Assembly (NCBI GenBank): GCA_000934665.2 | Contig: KZ538163.1 | Coordinates: 1-64,000, forward strand | Length of the DNA: 64,000 nt | DNA from: Catajapyx aquilonaris | Lineage: Eukaryota | Direction: 5' to 3' | Shown: positions 12,656-25,140 of the stretch, in pieces | Layout: each line of letters begins with the position of its first letter | How positions within the stretch are numbered: position 1 is the first letter of the stretch | Program-made: the position numbers and the translations under genes | The notes under the pieces: generated by a model | Told to the model about the DNA's origin: nothing | Databases searched by the model: none | The model's input: only the letters and a program-made list of their open reading frames with translations

Positions 12656-13561
12656 TCAGCGCCTTGGGCTGGTACGAGTCCCCTGGCGAGCCTGCTTCTT
12701 GGCGCCCTTGGCTCCGGATGACCTCTTCTTGGCCACCTGGCTTCGTTTCTTGGCCGGCCTTCCTCGTCCCCTGCTGGGACGTCGGGCGCTGCCGCTGCTC
12801 TCGCGGGACCTCTTCTTGGTCCTGCGTCCGCCTCGTCCGCTGCTGCGCCTGGTCCGTCCTCCGACCCTGCTCGAGGACCGGGTGCTGCGGCGCTTCCTCC
12901 TCTCCAGAACCTCCCCTACCTCCGGCTCCTTGACCGCCTTGGCTGCCTGCTGAGGAGTGACCCCAACGTTGGTCCCTGCGGTGGCCTTCCTGATGGCACG
13001 CTTCACGTCCCTGGCCACGTTGTGGTCATCCGGCAGCTGGGGGACTATGTAGTTGCGCTGTGGGGTCGGTTCAGCCTTGGCATGGGGGCGGATGGCCATC
13101 TTGTAGTTGCCGGTCCTGGTGGTGATCACCAACCTGTCCTGGGCGGCCTTCCTCAGCGTCGATTTGACCTGGGTCATTACGTCCTTCTTGTTGACCTTCA
13201 TGCGGTCGGCGGTGTAGCCCATGACGTCGTCCAGGCTGCAGCCTAACCGCTTCTGGCCGGAGAGGGCCTCGAACATGTACTGGCGGTATGGGACACGGCG
13301 GCTCTGTACGTTCTCGGCGGTGAGGGTCTCGTCTTGTTCGGCGGCCATGACTGCGTCATCCGGGGCGCTGGAGGGGCCAGCCTGACGCTGTCGGCCCCTG
13401 GTGCTGCGTCGCACCGTGCCGCTCTCCTCTTGGGTTGGACCCGCCTCGACTGGATCCGCAACTGCTGCTGCCTGAGGGATTGGCACGACCTCGACTGCAC
13501 CTCGGGGCTTGGCTCGCGTCATCTTGGTATGGGGTATGGATACACTGATTCGGGAGCTCAT
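12656..13561 (-). CDS. linker histone H1-family / protamine-like (PL-I-type) basic nuclear protein, 301 aa, intronless
   Basis: The only long non-repeat ATG ORF, and GC-rich compared with its flanks. aa ~88-157 (PYRQYMFEALSGQKRLGCSLDDVMGYT...VKSTLRKAAQDRLVITTRTGNYKM) fits the H15 winged-helix pattern. aa 221-301 contain 25 Arg, 10 Lys and 15 Ser in 81 residues. An alternative start at Met14 is possible. Confidence 0.85.
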   Translation of the reverse strand: MSSRISVSIPHTKMTRAKPRGAVEVVPIPQAAAVADPVEAGPTQEESGTVRRSTRGRQRQAGPSSAPDDAVMAAEQDETLTAENVQSRRVPYRQYMFEALSGQKRLGCSLDDVMGYTADRMKVNKKDVMTQVKSTLRKAAQDRLVITTRTGNYKMAIRPHAKAEPTPQRNYIVPQLPDDHNVARDVKRAIRKATAGTNVGVTPQQAAKAVKEPEVGEVLERRKRRSTRSSSRVGGRTRRSSGRGGRRTKKRSRESSGSARRPSRGRGRPAKKRSQVAKKRSSGAKGAKKQARQGTRTSPRR

Positions 13562-15499
13562 TCGACAAGCGTCCGAACAGATCCGTAGTCACTGTGCAAG
13601 TGAGAGCGAACTGTTGACGTTGGATTCCAAACAAGCTTCTGGTGTCCTGGTGGTCAAGGAGACTGTTGTCTGGCATGTACGGATAATTAAATAACGAATT
13701 TCACAATATTACTAATTAGTTTAATTCTGAAAGTGACAGGTCAAGTGCTGGACCAATACTGTGCATGAAGCTGCTGGAACAATCGCTTTGTTAAGCTTCC
13801 TTTTTATTATCGTCGCAGCATATTGGTACAACTTATGTTGTTTGTGCTTCCATGGAAATTTTCCATTAACAATAATTACGGGTAAAATGTTCGATTGAAC
13901 TCTTTTAATCGCGTCCATAAATATTCGTGCGATAGGTTTTCCGCAAAAAAAAACACCCAAGTCCAAAATGTGCATAAAAAGACTGGGCGAGTCTGCTTCA
14001 ATCACTTTTGTAATGAGGTTATTTAAGGAAATGAAACAAGTGAGGCGGAGGTCATAAAAAAGACGCGTAATGCGTATCGCTCCGTGAAATTACCCGGACG
14101 GAGCAAGTATAATATTAGGTTTTTATGAGGTGAAAATGGGCGGGCCGCCGATCGGGACTTGTCAAAATTAATACCATAACGGCCCTCAATTTAACTGGCA
14201 ACATTTTTAAACATCAAGTCGTTACTAAAATCTCATTTCGAAGGCGCGTAGAAAATAGGATTGGGGGGGGGGGGAGGAGGAAGGCAGGTTATTGAAAAAT
14301 AAATTGATAAATAGAATGGTAATTGGAGTAAATTATTGCATGACCATCGTTGTGAATATTAACATCTGCATAATCCCTTACAATTCGACAGGATGTATAA
14401 ATAAGCTGGGTGATGGGCGAAATTGCGCATGGATTTTACACAGTTGATTAGTATAATTAATTTGGGTCCACGCATGTTTTCAAGAGATAGTTTTCTGCAT
14501 GGCTGCTGCATTACAAGAAATTGCTCTTGATGACTGGCTTTAAAAAAAATATTCCAGCATAATACGTAATATTAACTATACGACTTCCCTTTACAGAAAG
14601 AGAGAATAAATGCTTGGCATGTGGCATTGTAGCAAGTAATACTCTACACATTTTGGACGATAAGCAGAAATGTGTTGATTCAGTTTTGAAAATTGGAATC
14701 AATCATGACATAGTTTACCATAATCAATGACGCCTGCAATAATGAAAAGTGTGTGCTTGGCGGATATCCCGTCCTCACTACTAAATCAAAATTTAATCAC
14801 AATGCTGAATTAGTGCCTATCTAGCATTCGCAGGTATAAACTCTGGTTTTTTTCCCAACAAAACCCAGAATTTGCAAAAAGTAGTCTGCAATTATTTCCA
14901 ACCATATGCAATTTGGGGGCACAACTTTGGTGAAGAAATTTGGCGCATTTGGCCAACAAACAATCGCATTCATTTCACTTGTTTGGTGCCAAGAGTCCGA
15001 CCTCTAATTGCCACAATCTTTCTCGCCATTACTGGGCAAACAACGTGCATCCCCTCTAAAATTATATTTTCAAACCCCGTTAATTATCATAGCATATTGA
15101 CTTTACCTCGATTTTTACGGTTGTTGGTCCAACCTCCACACTCCACGCCTTATTCATTATCCTGCAGTGCGTGCGCTTTGACCACATTAGAGTCCCGATG
15201 AAATTCGAAACACATCCGGTGCGGGTACAGTACAAATTGCATTGAAGCTTTCTACCTCCCCCTCCTCCCACCATTGATGTTATTGCGCTCTCCATAATTT
15301 ACACCCTAAACCTAGGTGGCTCTCACTACTTCAATAATGACAGCATTGGAGCCTAGGCTCCGTGTAAATTATCGAAGGTTCCTCCCCCTCCCACCATTCC
15401 ATTTCAAACACCCCCCAATCATGGCTGCGTACGTACCTGTGTCAACGGGGCTTCTGGCTTTTAATGACGAGCACGTACCATGTGACTCCTGGGCTGCGG

Positions 15500-15735
15500 G
15501 GAGATCCTACCTGCAGTTTCTCCTTTCATGCCAACCCTCCTGGTTCTATGCTCTGTAGAATGCAGCCATTAATTTGAGGGAGGGGGGAGTCGAAATGGTT
15601 GGGAAAGAGAGAGGCTTCTATGGGGGGGGGGGTCGTGAAATATGAAGCCGGCAATGAGGCCGAAAACGAGGATATCGCCCTTTGGAGTGATGGGAGGAGA
15701 ACAGATAAAGAGGATGGAGGAGGAAGCGGAGACAA
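15500..15735 (-). mobile_element. decayed non-LTR RT fragment (subdomains 6-7)
   Basis: SLQRAISSFS...PLPQINGCILQSIEPGGLA, resembling LQxAxxxx...LxxNGxxIxxV...LG. Confidence 0.35.
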
Positions 15736-17089
15736 GCAGATTGGTCACTTAAACGGCGTTGACTGAGGAGGTGGGAGGGGGGGAAAATAACGTGTGATAT
15801 GGATATGCTGGGGGGGGGGGGAAATGACAGGTGTGTTAGGAGGCGACAATTTTTTTTAATATTGTTCGTTTGCCACCATGAAGTGCGGTGGTCGTGTCAA
15901 ACGCAGAGAGTGCTTGGTAATAAGGTATTCGCTGAAAATGCCGCGCAATTTGCGGTTAGGTTAATGTGTTGGTGTTTGTGCACTCTGCATACATACTAAA
16001 CGTTGTTAAAATTACTAGTTGCAATACGTGTTGCCGCCTTTGCTCAAAAAACGGTGTGTTAATTATGTCCTTGTTTGGACTGAAGCAGGGGGAAAAGCAC
16101 TAGGTGTGTTAAGCATATTGGATTTGAATAAATATGTGAGAATTCAAATAGTAATAAATTGTGTTTATCAGTCAAAACGACGTCGTAATTTATTATTCCA
16201 CATTACATAAATTTTGACTGTACCATACCGTAACTAACCGTCAAGGAAACAGTGGTGGATACTGTTCATCCTGACTATCCAGAGCAACCCATTCGACTGG
16301 AAGGCACAACGGGTTTCCTGATATACAGGGGCACTCATGAGAGTACAGTACTGTATACCAATGCTAATAACAATGGCTAATAGACAGTAGATGCGCTCTT
16401 TTGATGCTTAATAAATTAAGTAAATAAATAAGCAAATCAGTAAGGAATTTTAGAGCTAGGGAGTTACATTACAGTTGCCTAACTCAATTTCGACAAAAAT
16501 TCGTTCTGTATTCCAGGCATTCATATATATTATATTTTATGGTTAAAGTTAGATTGAGTCATCCATTTCTTGAGCGTGATAGCTCGCAGACTTCCTGCTG
16601 CAACATTGTACCAGTTTCCTGAGTAACATCCGAGTTGATTACGGTGTCCATAGCCAGTTCCTTTCATACTCGAGGCAAGCTCGTCAATGAATGACGGAAT
16701 GCTCCTCCCTTGCAAAACTGCTCCATCCGTGGCCATATACGCGAAGGAGCCAGTGAGGCATGAGTTATGCAGGGCAAGCGAGGTGCTCTGAGGTATTCCT
16801 GGCATGTTGAGGATCTGAGCCCATGAAGAAGAAGAAGAAGAAGAGAGGCAAGGAAGGGAGGGGACTCTGTGCTGGCATTAGAGCGCGTCCTCTGCCGCGG
16901 TCTAAAAGAGCGATTCCCTGTGTAATCCCCCTTGACTAATCGTCGGTGGAGTGGAATGGTTGAGGGATTTTGGAGGGAGGGAGGGAGTGGGGGAAGGAGG
17001 AGAGGACTAAGTTGGATGCAAGGCAGGGCTACGTCCTTGCTCTTTCTCGGTCTGGGAGGCTTAGATGTCCCGGGCGTCTACTGGTGACG

Positions 17090-17400
17090 GATGGGGCGTC
17101 GTGTGCCTCTTGATTGTCAGATTCCGGTGTCTCAGTCTCAGACTCCAATCTCAGCTCGACCTAGGGATGAGGTCACGTCCCCCTTTGAGCCCAGGGAAAT
17201 GGTTCGAGTTCAGTTTTTTTCCTGTGGGTGGACTCAATTGCTGTGGGCTTTTGCCTAATCCGCCTTTCAAACAGACGGATCAGATTCCGGGCCCGGAAGC
17301 AGAGTTCAAGCTTAATCGGATGTAACATCCATGGAAAAACATGACAACCTCCGGAGAGTATGGTGACCTCTTCTCGATAGTTATTCCCGCGGTGACCTCA
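17090..17400 (-). mobile_element. decayed non-LTR RT fragment (subdomains 0-1)
   Basis: A single frame reads LSLNSASGPGI*SVCLK...QQLS...KLNSNHFPGLKGGRDLIPR, matching LKxNSAPGPDGI...LK...SGxFPxxWK...IP with plausible spacing. Confidence 0.5.
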
Positions 17401-17830
17401 GCGTCTGGGGATGACTTCCTGAGCACTGACGTTTGGCGCCGGTCCAGAAAAGGCGCAAATTTCGTCGAGAGGGTGAGATCCGGATCTGAAAAGAGGAGGG
17501 GGTGGGTGGGTGGACTTTTGTCGTCAAACAGCGCGAAAGGTTTCCAATTTGGAGGTGACAGTATAGCAGGCTCAGGAGGGAGGAAATAAGGGGGTTCCGG
17601 TGGCGAGACCGTTTTCTCCTATTTTTGCACGCTTGACAACTTACCGGAAATGCCCGTTTTTTCGTGTGTCCGGACAGAACATTGCTGCAATTTGCTCAGA
17701 ATTAATTATTGCAGATTGATTCAATGCCCTGCAGATTTATGTAGATACTAACTTATCTCTAGTTTTCTGCAGGCTATCAGCGGAGGATATTGCCTGAACT
17801 GTCCCTTTTGACGATGCACCTCGTTTCATA

Positions 17831-18000
17831 TCAGGGTCGCTCTGGCTTCACCAACATTTGGTCGGTGGGAGGGGAAAGCGGTGGGGGTGGGGTTGGGGGG
17901 AGGATCACACTTCCCTTCAAACTCGAGCTGTCAGCTTGGGGATCATCATCCGCCGAAACGACGTTTGTCAGCAGGACTATAATGGCCGCCTTTTTCCCAA
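17831..18000 (-). mobile_element. possible decayed RT fragment (subdomains 5-6)
   Basis: TNVVSADDDPQADSS...QMLVKPER, resembling xADD...S...GLxxNxxK. Confidence 0.3.
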
Positions 18001-19439
18001 GAGACCTTACCCCTCCCTCCTTGGTTATCGCCCGTGGGCGGAACCAGCCTGCGCCGCAACTCTCTTTTCTTATCTTGCACCCTGGGCTCATTCCCGCAGC
18101 AACCATTTTCAAGTAGAAGTAGAGGGGGGGACGCAACAGCACACTAAGCAACGGCGGCAACTAGGTTTATTTGGTGCTCGGGGCCGGACAATGAGGACTG
18201 GGTTGGAGGCTCTCTGGATGAATATGACATTGTGCGCCGCCTTCCTTGCTTGCAGCTTTGATTGTAATGGAGTTGGGGAAACTAATTTCCCTGCAGAGAA
18301 ACCGCCACCCCCACTCTCTCTCCCTCCCTCCCTGCAATTTCCAAAATACGGGTTGTTTTTGGAGTAGGTGGAGGGAGTGGGACTAAATAACTCACAAAAT
18401 CGTTTTGAGCGATATGAAACGATTCAATTAGGGTCACACACAGAGCCTTGTTTTTGGTCGCAGTAGGTGTGAAGCCCTCTGTGCTGCGTGCATGTAATAC
18501 AATGTTGGTAAAATGAAGCTGTATGATACTTTGTGACAATTAAATATATTTGGAAAAATTAATGGCTGTGTGAATTATTATTTGTGTTCGAAAGTTGTTC
18601 AGATATTAGCAGCCATTGTTGTTACTATAGCCTCATTTTAGCTTGTTGATTGTGTCGCGCGACATATTTTTTTATATCCCAAATGCTGACCAGAGTGTTG
18701 CAATGTTCATGCAGCCATGGATTTAATCGTTTGATTATGGCGAATAAAAAATTTACTCTTCTACATATGCATCCAGCGCTGACTTCTAACGGAGAAACTC
18801 AAAACTTGCGCTCCTGGGGGCCGTAATCAAGCGATAGCATATAAATCCGGCCCAAATTTTACCCCACGCCTCGAACACCCGCGGTAATTTATGTGCAGAT
18901 CCAGAGCACTTGAACAAGTCGCATACGTCTGAAACGGTCAAATCTGGAGGCCCCTTTGTAAACGGTCAGCAGAAGGAGGAATCAGAGAGACTTGGATCAG
19001 GAATTTATCGGGTGCCCCCCTCAATTCTACTGTCCGGATGAGAAGAATGGCTTACTCCAGGTCGTCTGTCACAGGCGCGGGATAATATTGGCTGAAAAGG
19101 TCAGCATATTTTCTCTCCCTCTGTCCACACAATCCGCTGGGAGAAGCGTGCTTTGGGGGATGGAGTTGGAATATATATATCTGGATAAAAAAAAGAGAGA
19201 GAGTGAACTCTATATAGGGCAGAGACGGGATTACCATTCAGCAACTAGTTTATCCGCCATGCTGGTGCAGTTCGATTCCCATCTGAAACGTTTTAGATGG
19301 GAAGCCCTTTCTATCCGGAAGGCTGCATCCTATTCCCTTGCGCTTGGCTTATGAATCGCACTTTCCATTCTGCTCTGCGGTCGGAAACGCGGTGATCACA
19401 ATCAGCCGGGGCTGTTGGGACTCTATTGACTTGCAATGG

Positions 19440-20451
19440 GGTAGCCAAGCCTGTTGGCAGCATTGTGTCGTCACAGGGATGATCCCATCCCGATGGAAAC
19501 AAAAGCTGGAGAATGCCAAGGGCCATCCCCCTCCCCTCCCACGCTCGCCATTCCGTCCGCAAACCCCCCAAACTCTATCTAGTTCTCATCAAACTCAACC
19601 TCCATGACCGTTTCGAACTGACCCTTTTTTGGCCCTCCCAATTGGTTCCCCCCTGGTGGGGGGAAGGGCTTGCCATGCATCTTTCATTGCTGTCTTAATG
19701 CCAATTATTCAGGCCGGATGGACTGGTCAATTCGAGACCGATTGACGTTGCGATTTGTCCGATTCAGTGCAACGATGGTTACACTAAACGGTGCCTGTTG
19801 ACAAATTTATCCATAAATTTCCAAGCCGGACATTCCTGAAATGGTCAAATACGACGCTTTTGTTAATTTCTGGAGAATTTACTGAAATAGACTAATATTT
19901 TCACTACATAAATAAAGAGAAAATCATCGCTGACTACCCCTCAATGATAGGGAAATGTCGTGATGATGATGATTATTATTATTAAGCCATGTGACAACTA
20001 ATAAATCAAGTTACGTAGCATTTCCTATAGCAACACCTGTAATATTGTATCGCTGCTGTTTGAGAGTAATCCAGGAAAGCAGCGTGTGACGTAATTTCGC
20101 ATCGCGATTAATTAGTTCAAGGTACCACATACTAATTGAAACCGCCATACCGTCAGACGCGTTTGACACACGACAAAACGCATTACCCGCTCTCAAAAGA
20201 AAAATAATTGCTGTGTGGGATACAGGCGTGTTAAAATTTTTATAAAAAAGGATTCCTTCCCCCAGACTTTTGGTGTCCATCAAACTGCGTCAACAAACCA
20301 ATCCTTCTCTTTTCATGAGCTATTTACCATGTTACTCCCATTTGACTGGATTATTCCCCCTCACCGAGCAATTCCGATAGGCACTCGGCTTTTCCAAGGC
20401 GGATTATCATTGACTATCTGCTTTAAACCCACTTTAATGACTCCGCAGTGA
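19440..20451 (+). mobile_element. two collinear decayed non-LTR RT pieces (subdomains 1-2 at 19440-19698; subdomain 4 at ~20215-20451)
   Basis: HCVVTGMIPSRWKQ...SPFRP, then KLYLVLIKLNL...PSQ...G. Downstream, AIPIGTRLFQGGLSLTICF resembles PIxxGIFQGDxLSPLxF. Confidence 0.5.
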
Positions 20452-21685
20452 AGTTGATCTGGCTCATCATCCTTTTATGTTCAATAAGGAAATCATTCCG
20501 CTGGGTGATATACCGCCGGACCCTTAACTCTTTTTTCCACGGGGCCGACCAATAACATAACCCCACTTTTCTGGAGAAAGGTAGTGCCTCTGCAGTCCAG
20601 AATAACCCCCAAAAGCCCAAAAGTCATCACCAAAGAGGGACCCATTAAATCTGACTTCTTGCAGTAAGTAGATTCTGGGGGGAAGGTGCTTTCGACTGAA
20701 GAATGTTAATTATTCTGGATGCTGGAAATAATGGCTGATTGTTGGAAATTGTGGTCTGAGTGCTTCAGTACAAGATTTGTGCTTTTTATTACAAAAAATG
20801 GTTGATTTGATTTTGACGTTTTGTAGGTCGAATGAGGTGCAAATTTTGGAGAATTTGTGTTTATTGTTCATTCATTTGTGCCTAATCTTATAAGAGGATT
20901 GGGGCAAGTGTGATGCAGCATTCATTACGATGGCCATAACCGGGTTAATAGGTTGTTTTGATGTTTTTCTATAGGGAAACATCCTGCAGCTAAAAAAAAT
21001 AACTTCTGTTAGAAAATGACGCTAAAAGTTTAGATTGCGGCATGAAAAAAAACTTTGATTTTTATCCAAGTTCGGCAATATTGCCCCCATTTTCTTCCTG
21101 GCATTGATCCCCCATCGTGTGTTCCACTGTTCTCAAAACAATCAGTTCGCATTGTCCCTAGTTTTCTGTTGCACCACAATAGATGTGTAGTACACATATA
21201 AAATGTAGAAAAATATTGTGGAATTATTGTAGAAAATATTGCAGGCCTGCATACGTGTGAAACATGTCTAAAAAAATATTTTGAGATAACTTTGTTGTAG
21301 AAGTGTAATTAAGATGTGACGTATGTTTGTCCGAGCCTTACGTTTCTGAAAGGCCATTTTCCTTTTGTAAGCTGCTTACATTGTTCCATAATTGTCCATC
21401 AGGCTTACCAACATGCCTTCTTCACCAGACACTCCCATAAGTTGTTCCAATCTGTTCCTCCATGCAAGGCCCTGGTTTTTAGATTAGACCCGACCTCCCC
21501 AAGTGACCACACCCTCCGCATTAAAATATGGTCCAGAAAGATGGATATGACCAGCAGTCCATCAAGCCGCAGCATGGCGATCCCCGATAATTTCCTCGCC
21601 GCTAAGCCTTTTCACTCCAAGTGGGGCCGCAGGATGAGGCAAGTCCGGAGGCCCCCTGGATTAGCTTTTTCGGGGGGGGGGGGGG

Positions 21686-21705
21686 NNNNNNNNNNNNNNN
21701 NNNNN
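21686..21705. other. assembly gap (20 N) inside a poly-G tract
   Basis: N run flanked by G14 on each side. Confidence 0.95.
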
Positions 21706-22286
21706 GGGGGGGGGGGGGGAAGCGTCACCCCGGGTGTGTGTTATGTTTTAGGAGTAAAGGGAAGGGTCTCTCTCTCTCCATCCAGACTCTTTGGTCCTGC
21801 CCTCCGATCACTTTATCAGGGGAGAAGTTGTCGGGACGGAGACGCTTTGTTTCCGTTGATTGATGCAGCGGGCGTGTGACCTTCTTTCAGATAGAGCGGA
21901 TTGGTGTGAGTGGAAGTGAGTCCCTGGTAGTGGGTGGAAGGGGGGTACTTACAGAATGGGCTTTTCGAGAAGGTGGTGGCCACCAAGCCCGGGGTCTGAT
22001 AAAACCTCCTTTCTGCTCCTCCAAACTGCTCGCTGGGGACCTGAATTCTACCGGGAGGGGAATTATTATCCCGACCGCCAACCGCGGACTCGCACTGTTC
22101 AATGTTCACTGCTCTCCAATCCCCACCCCCACCTCCAACCCCCCACCCTCAGAATGCAATTTACGTACTTGCATGGATTTATCATTTGCTAACGGGGAGA
22201 GGAACCCTGGATTTTTTTTAGGAAAAAAAGAGGAGATGCTGCGCCTGAATTTGTAACTAACTGACAAGTTATTGGTATTGCTAAGA

Positions 22287-22590
22287 GCTATCAGCTGAAT
22301 TTGTAACGAGCGTAACCGAGTGCGCACCACAGTCTGCGCAGCGTGCACGGTTGAAATCATTGATAGTTGGTATAAGCTCTGTATAGTATGCTCACTGCGG
22401 TGCATTTATTTCCAACGCTGCGCTTAGAGAGGACCAATATGGCTGACGTTTGCGACGTTGCCAATGCTCTGGAACGAACCTCAGAGGCTACGGGCTGGGG
22501 AGTCATACTGGCAACGTTGTTGTCTGAACAACAGAGCTGCGCGAGTGTGGGTGCGCACTCGGTTGCGCTAGTAAAAACTTCATCTATAGC
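22287..22590. mobile_element. MITE-like element (~300 bp) with long imperfect terminal inverted repeats
   Basis: Left end GCTATCAGCTGAATTTGTAACGAGCGTAACCGAGTGCGCACCACAGTCTGCGCAGC vs reverse complement of right end GCTATAGATGAAGTTTTTACTAGCGCAACCGAGTGCGCACCCACACTCGCGCAGC. No coding capacity; TSD unresolved. Confidence 0.75.
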
Positions 22591-23994
22591 AAAATAAATA
22601 TTGTTTACCATTGTGACATCATATTTTCAAGACTGGATAAATTTTAGTAAAGGATCGTTTTTTTTTGGCGCTTATCAGTGTGGCACCGGATTGATCGTAA
22701 AAGTGGAATAATTTTCCGCTGAAAGTTGAACGGCGGACAGACCAGGTAGATGTGACGTTGCGTTTTAGCGTGGGGTTCTTTGTGAGGTAACAGAGTTAGT
22801 TGGTGCCGATGGGCCAGTGAAGAGTGGATGGATATGTTCGGGTGAGAGTCAAAGAGGATCAATGGCACTAGCAGCGCACAGAGAGTAATGAGGCGTATTA
22901 AAATGTACCTTTTGATGATTTCCATCGCCAAAGACAATGTTGGCTGGGGACAAAGTTAAGCACAAAGTCGTGAAATTGGGTAGTGCCCGGTACTGCCACT
23001 CATTTTCTAAACGCAAAAGACATCACCTCTTATCATGACACATATGCTACATGCAACATAATACGTTTACAAAAAATGTGCGACACATTTGCGACACTTG
23101 ATGCAGTCTTTGTCCTGCACAGCCCCGCAAATGCCATGCGGATGTACTGTACTGCATGTTTGCACGCCAACACCCAATTATGATTCCCACATTTTAATCA
23201 TGAATGACCTCAGCGATACGTGCTCAGAATGATTAATAAATCAACTTTAACCTCATTGATTTACAAAATTCGCGAGCATTAACCTGAATCATAATCGGCT
23301 TGATGCATCAAAGAATTTTTAATTCAAGGCCGGTCAGACCGGATTACTCATGCCATAAATACGCATCGGCCCGAATTAGCAAGGAACTCTGATTATTAGC
23401 CAGGATCACATTGTTGTCTTTGCCTTTGGATCAGCGGTACGTGTACCAATTGAGGCTAATTTTGCTAATTGAACAAGTAAGCCAGATCCACACGGGATTT
23501 TGCCCTTGGTTCAGACGCTACAAGACTGTGTGTATCATTACGCCATGTACAGTATACTGAGTGATCGGTACATGCACGTGTAACACCCAGAAGCGGCTTA
23601 AACCCTGATCCCCTACTAGCAAATGGCGGTGATTAGGTGACCCCTAGGGCACAGCAGCATCATGTAGTCATCCGGACCAGCTCCAGAGAAAATCCCCTTG
23701 CTGGGGTATAGGGTTGTCTGATCTTTTTTTTCTCTCTCTCTCCAGCACACTAGAGAGGGGAAGACAAGAGTCGGATGAATAATAGAACCCACACCCAACC
23801 TACCCACCGAAAAAGAAAGAGGGCTGATTCATTACCCGGGGATTAGCTACGGATAACTTAGGGATGTTCCTACCCTATCCCCAGCAGAGAGCCAAAAAGC
23901 ACTGCAGTTGCTTTGCTCTCAGGTGGGGGATTTGCGGGGAAACTACGACTGTACCCACCCTTTACATTGATTATATTCTCAGCATGTTTGCTAA

Positions 23995-24531
<537 letters not shown>

Positions 24532-24829
24532 CCACCCACTTCCTGACACAAGCCATGAATCTTGGGAATTAGTCGTGATCCTCCCTGATTCCTTGCTCGT
24601 TTTTCTTTACTTCCTTTTTTTTCTACTTCCCTAGGGCTGTCCATTTTATTATTCATGAACCGTCATGGGAAAGAGCGGACGTTCAACTTTTGCAGGGTTG
24701 GTCCATGCAGACGCCATGCATTTTGCAAGTGTTTGACTTCCACCCCCGTGAAGATTCATCTCTCTCTCCTACATGTGACAGCCCGGGTGGTGGCTGGGAC
24801 TGGTAAAGGGGTTGTGTGCAAACAGCCGG

Positions 24830-25140
24830 GGTGACATGCCAAGCGGTGAAAACAAACATCGTCATCTGCGAATGGGCTGCAGCAAACTCACGGGATTGCT
24901 GCGGGCAGTGTCGAAAAAGGAGCTTGACCCCCAGCTTGACCGGGGCAGGAACATGAATTAAGCGCAATTGGAGAAGAATTTATTTGCATGGATGTTGGCA
25001 AAAAAATGTAGTCGACATATGAATAGATTTTTTTCACACTATCTGGGCACTGTGCTGCAAGTTGGATAATTACAGTGGCAGGAGAGCAGCAGTCCTTGCA
25101 GCGAAGGTGTAGTGAATCCCACGAGTTGGGACCTCTGAGT
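24830..25140 (-). mobile_element. decayed non-LTR RT fragment (subdomains 3-5, retains FADD)
   Basis: One frame reads ...VKKIYSYV...SSPIALNSCSCPGQAGGQAPFSTLPAAIP*VCCSPFADDDVCF, with FADD at 24861-24872. Spacing matches SGVPQGSxLGPxLFxxxxxDxP...FADD. Confidence 0.6.

Noticed and set aside
12609..13694. Several + strand and alternate-frame ORFs overlapping the H1-like gene
   Set aside because: Shadow ORFs of a GC-rich coding region with no recognisable motifs.
16241..16276. Small hairpin as possible miRNA
   Set aside because: Stem only ~15 bp with bulges; no match to conserved miRNAs I recognise.
16530..16842. RTE-like C-terminal remnant (GYGH...KKWM) next to (GAA)6
   Set aside because: The motif match is too weak, and the GAA run is on the wrong side and strand to be its tail.
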